From NCBI GenBank assembly GCA_050084515.1, contig CM114271.1, positions 41,106,001 through 41,170,000 on the forward strand: 64,000 nucleotides of DNA. Direction: 5' to 3'. The stretch comes from Blasia pusilla (lineage: Eukaryota). The notes below the pieces were generated by a model that was given only the letters and a program-made list of their open reading frames with translations, ran no database searches and was not told the origin of the DNA. The translations under genes and the position numbers were made by a program. This document shows positions 37,833-51,232 of the stretch, piece by piece. Positions within the stretch are counted from its first letter, which is position 1. Each line of letters starts with the position of its first letter.

Positions 37833-39584
37833 AAGTTACATTTTACTACGGGTCGTTGCCTCATAGGCTCACGGTACCCGCCGTGCTCTCTGGGCACACC
37901 GGCCCGCTCTCGTGGTACTGGTGCTCGCTGTGGCACCTGTGGGGTCACCGTTGCTCGTGGACCCGTCGACTCTTGAGAAAATCCAGCGGTCACTACCTGC
38001 TCCTCACTCATGTTGAGCTCAATACGCTCAGAAAACTCAAAGATCACCTTTAATGTGGGCTTCGCTGTGTGAATCAGGACCGCATCTCGGACTCTCCTTC
38101 GTAGTTCTAGGTCCAGAACCCCGTACCAATACTGGACTGACTACGCCTCAGTCACTCTATACGTAGCAATGATTAGCCTCCTCATGTGTGTGAATGCCTC
38201 TCTTAGACTCTCACCCGATTGTCGCTGAAAATCCTGTAGACTCTTCAGCTTGTCGGTGCGTATGCCTTGGTACCTCTTCCCCAACTGTCGGAAGAACTCC
38301 ATTGTGGGGTTGAAGCTCGGTGGCCCTCTACCACCAAAGGTCTCTGCCACATCGCCTGTCTCACTGCCCTCCTCTCCATCTAGTCGTCGGGCTGATGGTG
38401 TGGGTCTCTATCCTCTCACAATCCCATAATATGCCTCGCGACCACTAGTGGACACATACCCTGGAGCCCAATACATCCTCCAGGCATCGATCTCTACTGA
38501 ATATAGTGATCGGAACTCCATGTAGTCATCCATTGGAGGACCCTCCAAGTGTTGGAACAACCCCTTCCTTGCCATGAAAGGGTTGAACCGTGTCGGGGTC
38601 CGTATCTCCTAGAAGTCGCACCACGCTTCGAACTCCTGGATAAAATCATCTAAGTCCATGGTGCCCACTGCACCCGAGAAACGACGCATGCCCCGATAGC
38701 CCATGTCGTCCATCTCCTGCCAAGTACTACTGTCTCTGTCTGCGATCTCGTCACTAGACCCAGTGTCTAGTGATGACGATCCAGCCACGGATGGATGTCG
38801 AGGTAGCTCCTCACTGGTAACCCCTCGGTATCTCACTCCACTCCATGTCACACCACTACCACTGCTAGCACTACCCCGTTCTTCCGAACCCTGGAAGAAC
38901 GCCGTGATGACAAACCCTGTCTCACTCGCTCAAGCACTCAGACTCACCAAGAGTCTCCCACACTCCTCACTAGCTCACCTATGCTAACATCAATCCCGTG
39001 ATGACATACCCGGCCTCACGCACACTCAACACTCGGGCTCACCATGAGCCTCCCAACTTACTTACTAACCTAGCAACACTCTCGGGTCATACATGCGACC
39101 CCTACGCGGCAACCGCCGTATATCCACCAACATGCTACACATGAAAAGAATCTACACTCGTCACCATCGCTGCACCCACCTAGCACCAACTACTACTCGA
39201 TACCCAGCACTCTCAATCACACACGACAAGTGGGGAAAAGGGACTCAAATGGGTAACCTGGTCACTCCCGCCAATCAACTGCTTCATCAACACTCACTCC
39301 TCCATGTGGCTCGGAAACCTCCGCAGCACAACCATCTCCCCTCACAACAAGTCGATCCTCCCGTCACCGGGTGCAGACCACTTGTCGACATCAACACACT
39401 AACTCTCCATCGTCAACCCATCGGTGCAGAGGGTACATCTTGACCCCAACCATGTAACTCTACTCAACCATGTCGTAGCTCTTACCACATATGTCGCTCA
39501 ACCTGATAGCCCGCCTATCACGTTCATCCTATGCACCACGTCCAAAGTTCCAAACACGTCGGCCTAGACTTGGTAAGCACGCTT

Positions 39585-40150
39585 GCCACGTCCATTCTTC
39601 AGACCCGCTCTCCCAACTTCACAGGCTCGCGGCTTTGTACTACGGCTACTCCTTCCTCGTGTGGGCGCGCCTGTACCTCCGCCGGCGGCGAAGAAGACAC
39701 ATATCTACAGTCGACTACACGAGGGACACATCTTCATCCCCCTGGCCATAGAGATGTATGGGGCTATGGGGGAGAGGTTCGACTTCGTTCTCACGGATCG
39801 CGCCCATCATCTCCACTCGAGAAATGGGTTATCCTTAGCTAGCTCGCGATTCAGACAGGCAGCTGGTCTCCATAGCGTTGCAGCGTGCCCAGGCTAATGG
39901 GATTTTGCGGCGGGCTCAGGCTGTGGGAGACGCCGGCGCTAGAGGCCCACTTAGTAGTAGTCATAGCTCTCTTGTTGTTGCTGATATTGTCTCTGCTGTT
40001 GGTGAGTTTCGTCGTTAAGGGGGGGAATGCCCCCTTCTTCCTTTGCTGGTCGTGTTGTGGCCTTCAGGTTTTGACTCTTTGAGTCCCCCTCTTTTGTACT
40101 TCCGATGGGTTTTCCATCACTCATTTTTATCGAAGTGCATCTTTGTTTTT
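39585..40150 (+). mobile_element. 3' fragment of a CRE-like non-LTR retrotransposon (restriction-like endonuclease C-terminus) within the leader of element C
   Basis: AAKKTHIY..FIPLAIEMYGAMG followed, after a frameshift, by QLVSIALQRAQANGIL. These match the KxxKY..FxPxxxExxG and SxxLQRxxA motifs of RLE elements. Confidence 0.7.
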
Positions 40151-41037
40151 CTTAACAGCACGGCTCCCTGTGGAGCTCCCTCTGAACCCACATACTTTGG
40201 AGCCATAATGGCTCTACATAGTGCCCTATGCAGGCTTGGACCTTGCCACTCCCGTATTCACTCTATCTCCCCCGCTTCTCGAGACGCAGCCCTTCTGCTC
40301 CCGACTCCCCTCACATTCACTCCTGCTCCCACACTCCCTTAGGCATGCGGTCCTATGCAGGACCTTCCTACTGCCTTATTCCTCTCGCACGCCGCCCTAT
40401 GCGGCTTTGTCCATACTCGCGCATACGGCTCCCTATGGCGCAGGGCCCCCCTCCTTAAATGCGCGAGGGCCCTATAGGCCACTCCCGCTCAATCCACCTT
40501 CTCCATGCTGCCTGACGTGGCCTTATATGTGCACGTAGTCCCTATGGAGGGACTCTCCCCTGTCTGACTACCTTTACTGGCGGCTGGCCGTCCTATGCGG
40601 CTAGCCCTGCCTCTATTCGCGTTACTCCCTAGCTTCCTCCCGACGCACCCGCTTCGATTGCGACTGTACTACTGATCGCGCACATATAATCTAAACCTAA
40701 CTCAAGACTAGCGGCTACAACCTAGCTCTCCTGGAGGCTACCATATTCTTGCCCTAACCTTCTCTCTTCCCATTTTCCAACCCTCACGCTCACCCATCCA
40801 TGACACTCTCGTGACCACCCGTGGTCACAACCTGCGTTGCACTCTATTCCTATCCCCCGTCAACCCACACCAAGGAGATCTAAGAAAAATGGACAGCGCT
40901 TCCGCGCACAACCTTCCGAACAGAAAACAACACACAAAACGTCACACACACGTCTCCAGGGGCTCCTCAACCGAGGCAACTCGCTTGCCTACTTGCAAAC
41001 AACGAATTCCCACAACCCCCTGACATCTTTCTCATAT

Positions 41038-41466
41038 AAAAATAAAGAGTAGTAAAAACGGCACACTTGGCCTAAAACTCCACTCCTCAATATACATCGA
41101 CATATCGAGCCTCGTCCACCCTGTGCTATCAAGGAATCCGGAGGCTAGCACCCTAGTCCTATCTCACACACATATAAGAGAGGTGCTCCAACGCCCAACA
41201 TGAGAAAGATGGCTTAGGAAAGCCACCTTCCTCTCTTATATAAGGTTGGGAAGAGCCAAAAGGCTCTTCCCCTAAAAATAACCCTCCCCTTGGTAACCTA
41301 CGCGCACAGGTTACCAGGGGCGGGTGATCTGGTCAACAAGTCACCCGGTTGTGAAAGACCTCAACATGAAAGTTCCTGACACAATGGACCTATCCTCAAC
41401 CTAGTCCCCTGGCTCTTACGCCCTATCCACGATAGATCTCAGCCTATCGGCTACTCAGATGTGACA
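41038..41466 (-). repeat. 5' terminal repeat A (subfamily 2) of element C
   Basis: Near-identical to 56554-57034 apart from small deletions, and contains a TATATAAG box. Confidence 0.9.
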
Positions 41467-42098
41467 TCTTTCATGTCATTATAATTTCTCTTAAAACCAA
41501 AATAAGATTTCAATGAACATAAATGGGTTGGTGAATTATCACCAAAAAATATTTAGCTGGAAATTCATCTCTAGCATCGTTGATGTTAGTTTTTTGCATG
41601 TTAAATTTCAAAATTGTGACATGCGTCCAAAGATTTCATGTCCCTCCATTTGTTGGAATTGCTACAAGTATCCAATTTTTTTCAAAAAATTTTCCACTAT
41701 GATGAATATTCCTCCGAGAAAGTTTTCATATCGCAATCTTTGTTCGAAAATATTTTCTCAAAATTGCGCAACCCATTCTCCCCCATTTTTAGAACTTCAT
41801 CGTGTCCCAAAACTACCTTTCTTCATTTTCATCTAACCTAGTGCATTGTATGGGGTCCAATCACTAGTGCTTATATGAATTTTAAAAAATTATTCACATA
41901 CATCTTCAAATTGTATTCTTGTGTCGACCTTGATTATTTCACATATTTTATGAAGGTGAGTATAGGGAATTCAGTTCGGAAAAATTTCAACTAGGTACGA
42001 AATAAAATTTGGAACCCAATTTTATTTCAATCAAGAAAAAGTTTTCCTATGTGTATTAAAATTACTTTGCCTTGTTACATTTCACTTTGGTGCCACTT
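41467..42098 (+). repeat. 632-bp direct duplication, copy 2
   Basis: Near-identical to 37201-37832 and abuts the TG terminus of element C. Confidence 0.95.
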
Positions 42099-42617
42099 GT
42101 CCATGGATTTGACATATTTTGGTATTGGATTTTGGTTTGATAGGGTAACAATTGGGAAATTTCAGCCATTTTCTACTGTGTTTCTTTTGTTTGAATTTCT
42201 TTCTAATTCTTTCATCATGTCTAGTAGATTTTGTAAAATTTTCCCTTATCACGGAATAATATGTGCTTCCATTTTTCGTCATCGGATTTTTTCCAACACA
42301 CTTTTCTTGATATTTCATCCATCCATTTTCCAGTGGTACAATCTATTTTTCCTTTCAGCTCTCCAATTATGTCTTTTTTGCGCGGAGGGAAATTCAAATA
42401 GTCAATTGATACTTTATAAAAGCTTCCTCCATTAATTTTTTTTCCATATGATGATGAAAATTTTATTTTAAATGTAACCCATAGACTGGAGGTTACTATT
42501 TGCTACAAAATTGTGACTCGTGGCAGAGGTCACTTTTGTGACTTGGGCAAGGTGAGCTGGGTGAGTCCCAAAAAAAAAGGCTATAACAACCATGAGACTC
42601 ATCCAAATCATCCTAGA

Positions 42618-42692
42618 TTTCAACTGGTGAAACATAGAGTTGGGATCCTTAATCGACTTTTGGATCCCAACTCTATGTTTCGCCAGTTGAAA
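42618..42692. repeat. 31-bp inverted repeat (hairpin with a 13-nt loop)
   Basis: TTTCAACTGGTGAAACATAGAGTTGGGATCC / GGATCCCAACTCTATGTTTCGCCAGTTGAAA, with one T-G mismatch. Confidence 0.9.
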
Positions 42693-43929
42693 ACTCGTTG
42701 AAGGCCAAAACTAGTGGCTTACGGTAGATCTTTGCCCTCAGAGCCGGTGCTCGGGACGTTGTCGTATAGTAAAATCAACCAGTGTGTAAACTCCTTCGTC
42801 ATTAAGTGTTAGATAGAGTTTCATTAGTATTAAGTAAATTGGCTTAGAAAAAGGAGATTCTTATGTTTAAACCTCTTTATGGTGCCTCTTTTATGCGGGC
42901 CCAACTTTAGGAAAAGGAGGTAATAAATAAAAGATGACTTTATAAAAGTAAAATAGTTACTTTAATGAAAAGAAAAAGTAGTCTTGGTTGGTGGCTAGGT
43001 TAGTTGGGGTAATTTGGAAAATATCATGTGGGTAAAAGAGGATATTTTGGAAGAGATAAGAGGAAATCTACTTGTGTCAAAATATGATTGGCTAAGCCTT
43101 GAGAGGAAGCCATGTGGCACAAGATAAGATAAGCTCTATTTCGTACTCTTGTGGATCCCTTGTGAGTATATAAAGAGGAGGGATCTTCAAGGGTTCATCA
43201 CCTTCTATTCCACATCTTGAGTCTCTCGCGTCTCTCTTGAATGTATGGCTTTGGGATTGCTTGCTCTTCCAATGAGAGTGGATCACCCCTCTTGGGAGAG
43301 TAACTTGACCATGGTCTATTCTTCGAGAGGTTTCTAGAGTGTGGTGTGTGTGTGTGTGGGGATGAGAGGTTTGTCACCTTAGAAGATTTTAGTCATACTA
43401 AAATAGCGGATGTTCTGGCTTGTTACTTTTCCAATGAGAGTGGATTACCCCTCTTGGGAGAATAACTCCGCCAAAACCCATTCTTGAGGAGAGTAGAGAA
43501 TGTCTGTCAAGCATGGATAGGGATGGAGCACGAGTTGTGCCCGAATTTCCTTTCCTCAATCCTTACCATGTCAAGGTACTCTTTCTGGATAGGCATTGGT
43601 TCACTCGCTATTTAGTTTATCACTTTGGGGAGGCGTTCATGAACCAGGTCATGCAATCTCCAACTCCGGTGATTCTTCCTATCGTCACATATGGAAGGAC
43701 ATGGGATTGTACTTTCTATGTCCTTATATAGCGATCCATGGATGTCAATAGGCCTGCTCAAGTAGGGTTTAACACTAGTTGTGCTATCTTCCTTGTGTAC
43801 AAGCGTAAAATAGTTTATAGGGATTTTATAGTTAGGAATTTCGGGGTCCGATGTTACGAAGAAGTGATCGCCTCGTCACTTCCATTTGTGATACCTGTCG
43901 TGAGAGAATGGAGAGTGTACATCATAATT

Positions 43930-44385
43930 TTGTATTGAAAAAGGAGAACTTATTAGAGAGTTAACCTTGCATCGACCGCATCTACCGCAGCTAGAAGGCC
44001 CGCCCTTGCTCGAAGAAAGGCTCTCAACATGACAACGTTCCCCATAGAGTCATGGCATGCGGCGGCGACAAAGTTGGTAGATATGCCAGCTCGACCGGCC
44101 ATAGAGCGAGCAGTGGTGACATCTAGAGTAGTGTTACTAGATAACCGAGTTGGAGTATTTTGCTTGGTTAGTCCGACGGGGACAGTATACCACCCGTAGC
44201 ACGTCCTACTTGATTCGGGAGCGCAACCCTTGATGTTAGGGAAGGCGGCGTGTTTAGCATTGGGGTTATGGAAGGCCGACATTGAGCCTTGTCCCTTCTA
44301 GATACAGACCTCGATTGGGGGGTTTGTCACCCACGCAGTATATGACTCGACAAGAGATAGTTGTCAGAGTCCAGACAGAGCATGA
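43930..44385 (+). pseudogene. Protease fragment of the methyltransferase-family element
   Basis: Hand translation MPARPAIERAVV..HVLLDSGAQPLMLGKA..TQYMTRQEIVVRV, homologous to 2780-3073. Confidence 0.85.
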
Positions 44386-44574
44386 GACGGTCCATGGACG
44401 TGTCTGCACTTTTTCTGTCCATGTCCGCCCTAGAAGCAGACTTGTCCATTTTTTATCAACCATGTTAATCTGGGTACGGGCGTCAATTTGCCCTTGAGCA
44501 ACTAAAATGTTCCCTCTTACTTATCTCTCCACTGCCAAACATGATCCATCTTGATCAGGAATCAAACTAAATCC

Positions 44575-47500
44575 CTTGGTATATCGTTGGTAAAAGTTCC
44601 TAATCCCATGAATATGCAAACTCAATTCACATTTGTAGGGCGCAAACACGTGAAATAGCCTCTACATTTGTCTCATAAACACTAAGGCCAATTGGGTATA
44701 TCGCATGACCGAAGTACTCAATCTAGTCATGGTAGAACTTGAACTTGCTTGGATGTAGCTTCAGACCATGTAAATGCAATCGTCGAAACATGTCCTCAAG
44801 ATGTCACTCATACTACTCAATCGTGGCGGTGAAGACTACAATGTCATCAATGTAACACCTAGCAAAATCTGTATTAATCCATAAACTGGACAAGATCCTA
44901 TTCATGATCCTTCGAAACTCCACTAGGCATTTTTCAACCAAAAATTAAGATTCGTCATTGTATAAAAAATCCTTTCTGACGATTGATGCCCCAGAATGTT
45001 ATTTTGTGCTTGTCCTCGACTCTGATAAGAAATTGATGGTATCTCGCTCAAAGATCTTTTTATGCCCAATAGCATATATCAAAGATCTCCTCAAGAATGG
45101 GCATATCATACCTATAGGACTTTGTGTGCCAATTGATAGGTCGGCTGTCTCCACACATCCCCCTATTAGTCCAATTGCCATACATATCCTTCTTGGCGCG
45201 CATGATTATGAATATGGTAGATGCATACTCCCCCATACAACATCTCCCATAGTCTTGCCTCAATCAAGTATTGGCTTTTCCTTTGAATCAAGGCTCTCTC
45301 AATGTCACAATACTGGTAGGATCGTCAAAGATCACTGTGTTGTTAGAAAACTCCATGCATATCCTTAGACCTTTTAGTGTACCCAAATCATGCATACTAA
45401 ATGCAAAACAAATCCCATGACTACTAAGGAACCTATGTATCTGATGTTGATCTCCTCATATCAACTTAAGCCCAATGTTCCCACTCTCCGTTATGACTAT
45501 GGTAGGACTATTTAGCCTGGATTTCGGTTGCTATGATGCAACCCCATCAAAAATAGTAGAACTCAACTGATCTCTCTGTAGCCCACTTAGATATCTCATC
45601 TTGTGATGATTCTCGTTGTGCAAGACCATAAACCACACCAATTGCCATCTCTCGGCATACCTGCATCACATCTCGGTCCATGGACATCTCACTTAATCAC
45701 CTCTCATTTTGCAATCTCCTTAGGTCTCGCCCCTAGCCACTGAATGTCCCCTCTTAATAGAAATGAGGCTAACAAGTGCTATAGAGGTGATCTCTCACAA
45801 CCTCATTCAACGCAGTTAGCTACTTTTAGGTTCCAAATCCATATTAAGAAATTCAGGTCCATCGCTTGATCTACAATATGACGTTTGAACGCCTCTAATA
45901 TTAATGGTATTACCTTCACTCTTGTAGGGAATCCCATTGCATGCTCTCTCTTATTGGTGTTCGGCTTCACCAACTATTACACCTAGTCATCCCAAACCAA
46001 GTCTAGACCAATCTCCTTATATGCATAGGAAGTAGGAAAACTCACTAATTTGGAAAATATTGCCTAGGCCATGGCAATCCTATTCACCATAATCAACAAA
46101 GGTCAATCGTCGCGCCTCAGTACTTGGATTGATATCCAAGATCCAAAGTGGAATCCACCAACAAATGGCAGGGCCATTCCTCTTTTGCATATGCTCATCT
46201 TAGAACCTCGTGTGACATCAAGTTAGTCCATCAAAGATGCAATTGGTGTGCTCTTGATCCTACACGCATCCAAGAACAATGTTTGGTCGATCCATGCACG
46301 CACTTGATATACATTCATCACCATACATGACAAGAATTGCTCAAAATTGATATAATCTTTTAGAATAGAAGCTAGAGAAAGAGACTGGTGCTCGTGCAAA
46401 TGTTGCAAGATCCTCAACATCTCCCAAAATATCTAGGATCATCCAAACCACCAGCTCATCCAATACTCGCTCGCCATGCTATGGCCAACCTACAATGACC
46501 AAAATAATGGACAATGACCTAAGTCTTGAGCTCTCGACATGGAAATGTCCTTCGATACAAAAACTTTGATAACCGTGCAGACTTGACGCGGATAATAAGT
46601 CAGGAAAATAAAGTCATACGTGTACTACATGTTGGAGTAAGACATGCCTTCCAAGCTCATCATGCTCCACATACAAATATTGATGTTCGCACACTCATGC
46701 TTGTAACACAGTAGCCAACCCAATAATCAGCCATTCAAAGAGATCCAACACTCTTATATCCTCTAGAATGCACCACAAAATCAGTGTTGTATCTCAGGGG
46801 AAGAACACAACACTCCCTGCTACCTCAGGCACCTCTAACCTATGTCTATGCAAAGGTCTCACTCCACACCATCTACACATGCTCATCGATTAATCGACAA
46901 AGCTCCTCACTTGAGCCCGGTAAAGATACCTCTCCTCCAAAAAATGATTCGGCTACAATAACACTCCTCTTGAGAGGATATTGGTCAAAATTTTGTCCCT
47001 TGTATGGATATAAACCTCAATCAAATCTCCAAGCCAATTAACGGTGTTACTGAATGTAGCTAGAGTTGCCACCCTTATATCTCTTGGTTGTTGCGCGATC
47101 AATCCACTTGTGAATTGCACTGGCATCGAGCTCAGTTACCCATCAATTCTCTACCCTCCTAATCTATAGGAATCAAACTCCTCCAAAAAATCAAGGGTTA
47201 ATTCCATCAGATACAACAATGCTCCACCAACCAAGATGTCATAGGACTCGCCATTGGTCACTATTGCCTTGGCTCGCACCACAGACTCATGAGTTGGATG
47301 TTGTGGTTGAATCCTTACCACGACCTCATGGTGGGTAGTAAATTATACCATACGGGCTCCACCTAGGAAACATATGTATCCTAAATGGGCAACGCTTAAC
47401 ATCAGCCCGCGTCAACCCGAAGCCTATAAATGTTGCCTTTCCCAAAATCAAGGATGTTGTGCTTAAACCCAACAAGACACAATATAGACAATAGACTTTA

Positions 47501-48810
47501 CTTCCTTGGAACCAAAGGCAAGATCTCTCAACTATTATTAAAAAAAAAACACATTGAGAAACCATGACATACTCTATTGTGGGTCTAGGGGGCTTCTTTG
47601 CCATCCTAGCAGCCGCACCGTACCATGAATATGAGGCTCCAAGGGTAGATCCACCACTTCCTTTGCAACTACCTCTAAAATTGAGGCAACAACACCATCT
47701 CCACACTTACATAGTATATATAGCAGCCAGCCAAAAGACCTCGATGGGTGTGACTCCCAATGCCATAACATCGCGAGTACAAGACCACAAGGCACGATAT
47801 GTAACAGTGGCTGCTCCCAACAACACGCACATTTGACTTGGGCTCATTCTAAACATCATATGAGCAAAAGGAGTCATCACAATCACTCATCCCATTTCCC
47901 ATCTTGCCTACAAACCAACAACACACAATCTTCAAGAACTCTAATCAAGACCCATTGATGGAGTCCTCATCGCCTCATACAAAGTAAATGAACGAGGGAG
48001 CTTGGTCTATTTCCTTGTTTTTTCTTGTTGTCCATCCAACTCTATGGTTTCTTCATGTTAAAAATGGTAGTTTCCTCCATCAGTGCAATCCCGCACATCC
48101 AACCAAGATCCTCTATATCCCTAATTTCTCCATACGAAGTGGATGCAACAAACTTGTTATTATGTAATGTTAATGCCATTGCAACAATCTGTTGCTATAA
48201 CTTCTCTATCTTAGCAGCCATCCCAACCTCACGCCCTTGACTTATCTAGGTGGTGGATCTCGACCTCCTCCACAAGAAAATCCACCTCCCCTACAAGCAT
48301 ATTTACCTCCCCGTCCATCTACGAGACCATGTGGGGCACAACCTTTGGCCCCGTCTAGATTTCCAATTCCTTCTAGTACCCTCTCAACTTTTCAAGCACT
48401 AGATCTGCACATAGCTAAGGATGTAAATTGAAACACCTATCCCATGTATGGCCATAGATCTAATAATAATCGTCATAGAAAACTTCTGGTAGGGGCACAT
48501 CTACTCCCAACAACTTCGACACACATCCACTACCATGACAAATGCAATCAAGCTAATCCGCATACGCCCAAAAAATAACTCTTGGTTAGTTTTGACCCGC
48601 ATCCAATGACATAGGTCCTAGAAGCACTAGCTCACGGTAAACCCCTTACACTCTAGGTTCCATACTCCTCTCCCGAGCTACACATTGTTGTATATGCGTT
48701 GTGGGTGCCCCTTGTGGTACCTCTTTGGAATAACCAAAAGCAAAAACACTCTCTTTTGCCATGTTACTCTCTATGCAATCAACCAACTCAAACACATCTC
48801 CGAGTAGTAA
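44575..48810 (-). mobile_element. Element E: strongly decayed copy (gag-PR-MTase-RT)
   Basis: Colinear homology with element A. RT at 44580-45260 (MCGDSRPINWHT..MPILEEIFD); MTase at ~45800-46770 (IRVLDLFEW, VIVGWP*HG, WEMLRILQHLHEHQS, VRAWIDQTLFLDA). Confidence 0.85.
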
Positions 48811-49224
48811 ATCAACTTGAAAGAATTAATTAGGATATGGATGGGTTGAGTCATAAACTATGCTTGAATTAGCGATTAGAGCTCGTTGACATGAAGAGAG
48901 TGATGAGGAGATTGTGCTTGAATGGTGTGGAAAACTACTAAACAAGCATAAATAGTGGAAAACGGCTCTCACACATACACCACCACCATGGAGAATAAAA
49001 TTTGCAATGAGAGAATGAGTGGAGGCTGGTCCCCTTCTCAATTATATAGGGTATGTACAAGAAATCCTAACCCTAACCTTAACCATAGCCTCGAGTTAGA
49101 CTAACTGTGATTAACTAATCCTAGTTTAGATAATCGTGCTTAACTGACTAACCAAGATTAAGCTTCCTACTTCGTATGAGTACCAAATAAAGCAATTCAG
49201 GTGTCTCATGAGCTTGACTGTAAC

Positions 49225-49614
49225 TCAATCTTCAATAAATGGCACGCATTGGCATATTTGGGATTGTTGGTTATGAAGAGCAAGAGTTTTTTGGCTTCGA
49301 TGATGAGGTTTGATGAAGAGTCCGTAGATTGAGAGCTCAACAAGGATCGAGGCAAAAACTAAACGAGATATCAATGAGGATGTGGTAGTCTTAACTTGGA
49401 GAACTTGTGTAGTGGAAACGTCACGAGCACAATGGGTTCTAGAGAGCGCGATTGGATCCTACAATAAGTGACATAATTTAGATGAGAGGGGATACATGTG
49501 TTATCTGTTTGGGACATTAGTAAAATATACTTTGTGCCTTATGCTCACAAGGAGTCGGAACATCTTGGAGTGAAGCGGAGATACAACTTGCTGAGTTGCT
49601 TTAGATACAATATT
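49225..49614 (+). pseudogene. RNase H-integrase linker / integrase N-terminus fragment
   Basis: Homologous to ~8310-8700 (..HLGVKRRYNLL..). Ends at CAATATT directly before a CACTG terminus. Confidence 0.75.
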
Positions 49615-50869
49615 CACTGTAAGAAATGTATGGTTTTTATGACCAAAATTTAAATGACTACCTGAAAAAATAACTCAAATTCTGACTTAAATTATTCAGT
49701 CATTAATTTAAGGGTCATATTACTCATCTAGTCATTTGCCCACGTGCAACCCAAGAAGTTAGCAATACTCTTTAGTCTTAAACAAGTAATGTCCCTCACT
49801 TGTCTAGTGTTTGTGAGTCTAGAATAAAAGCTTATATTTCTAAGGATTTCATCTTCCAATCATATGATATTTCTCACTTATCTTGGGATATAATTTTTCT
49901 TAGGCATTCTATTGTAGCAAAGTATTGATGCACTCTTTCATTAAGACCCTAACTCTTTCCAACATACATCGTGCATATGTGGCCATATCTAGAAATGTAA
50001 GAATGCCCACATGGCATTCAATACCACTTCAAAATTCTATGTACTTTATCGAAAAAAAGTAATATATTTTAATCATAATTTCCATTTCCATTTGGTGGGG
50101 GAATGTCCATATTTCTCATTCTATTTTCACCTTCATTTTAAAATAAGATATAAGAATTTTTGTATGATTTAGTGACTTTAAGTTGGTTTCAGTGATATGT
50201 CAATAAATGAAAAAGACGAATTGCAGTAATGACCATTGCCTTTGAGTGAAAATGGGAGAGTCTTCTTTGTATTTTCTTGTTCATCTTGAAGCAGCATTAG
50301 TTTCCACCATTGGATTGAGCTAAAACTTGGAGGAGTAAGTTTTGGAAAGTTACTCTTTTATTTCATTGGATTAGACCTCTAATTTATATTTCCATGATGA
50401 AACCATAATTATGAGATCACATTACGGGTTTACGATTTTTTATTCCCTCCCTACATGGTTATTTCAATTCTTATTTTCGGCCTTGGATCCTAATACCAAA
50501 GTGCATGTTGTGACAAAGTGGCATGATCTATGAACTCCTAGTTGGAGAGAAGAGTCAAAAAAGAAGAAATTTGTCTCAACACGCACATTGCACATAGGTC
50601 TCAAGAACCATACCAAAAAGAAAATCTTAAAATGACCACCCAAAGAGAGAACTAAAAATCATAGACCTTAAATTTGGTTTTCCAATTCTTGTTTCATCAT
50701 GAAAGAGCAAATAGAAGATCTATACTGTTAAAGTGGGAGAGGGCCTTCACAACATCAAATCCTCCAAATTTTAGCTCAATCCAATGGTGGGGATGAATGA
50801 TGTTTCAAGATAAATATGAAAATGCTAAAAACACTTAGAACGTTTCTATTTAAAGTCCTCCTCTTTCTC

Positions 50870-51232
50870 TTTGATAAGGCTATAAACTTTAGGCAAAACT
50901 CTGTAACCCGATCTGTAAACGCCTTAGTTGCTGTGCCATAGTGATTTAACACTTGATCCAGGAAATAAAATGCAAACGTAAGCCTTGACTCACAAGGAAT
51001 GCAACCAACTCTACCCACTTTGAGAAGTAATCAAACATCACCTATACATAACAATTATGACGCTCTCTCAAAGGTAAAGATCCTGAATCCAAACTCCATC
51101 CATAGCCTAAACCCATGATTGGTAGTAGATACATTTGAGGGATGGGAATATTGAATGATGCTTGGATTTGATCACACACCATGCTTCAAGCAACAAATTT
51201 TTATATATCAATGGGCATGCCTTGTCACCAAT
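50870..51232 (-). pseudogene. Inverted continuation of the same integrase
   Basis: The reverse complement begins ATTGGTGACAAGGCATG (WWQGM-like) and continues with MVCDQIQASFN..PIMGLGYGWSLD..FLDQVLNHYG..TDRVTEF. Confidence 0.8.

Larger units (their letters stand above)
37848..41466 (-). mobile_element. Element C: 5' portion (repeat A, leader, partial gag) of the methyltransferase family, 3'-truncated
   Basis: Starts TGTCACATC at 41466. gag fragments RRFSGAVGTMDLDDFIQEF and YQGIRTDKLKSLQDFQRQSGESLREAF are homologous to element A gag. Confidence 0.85.
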
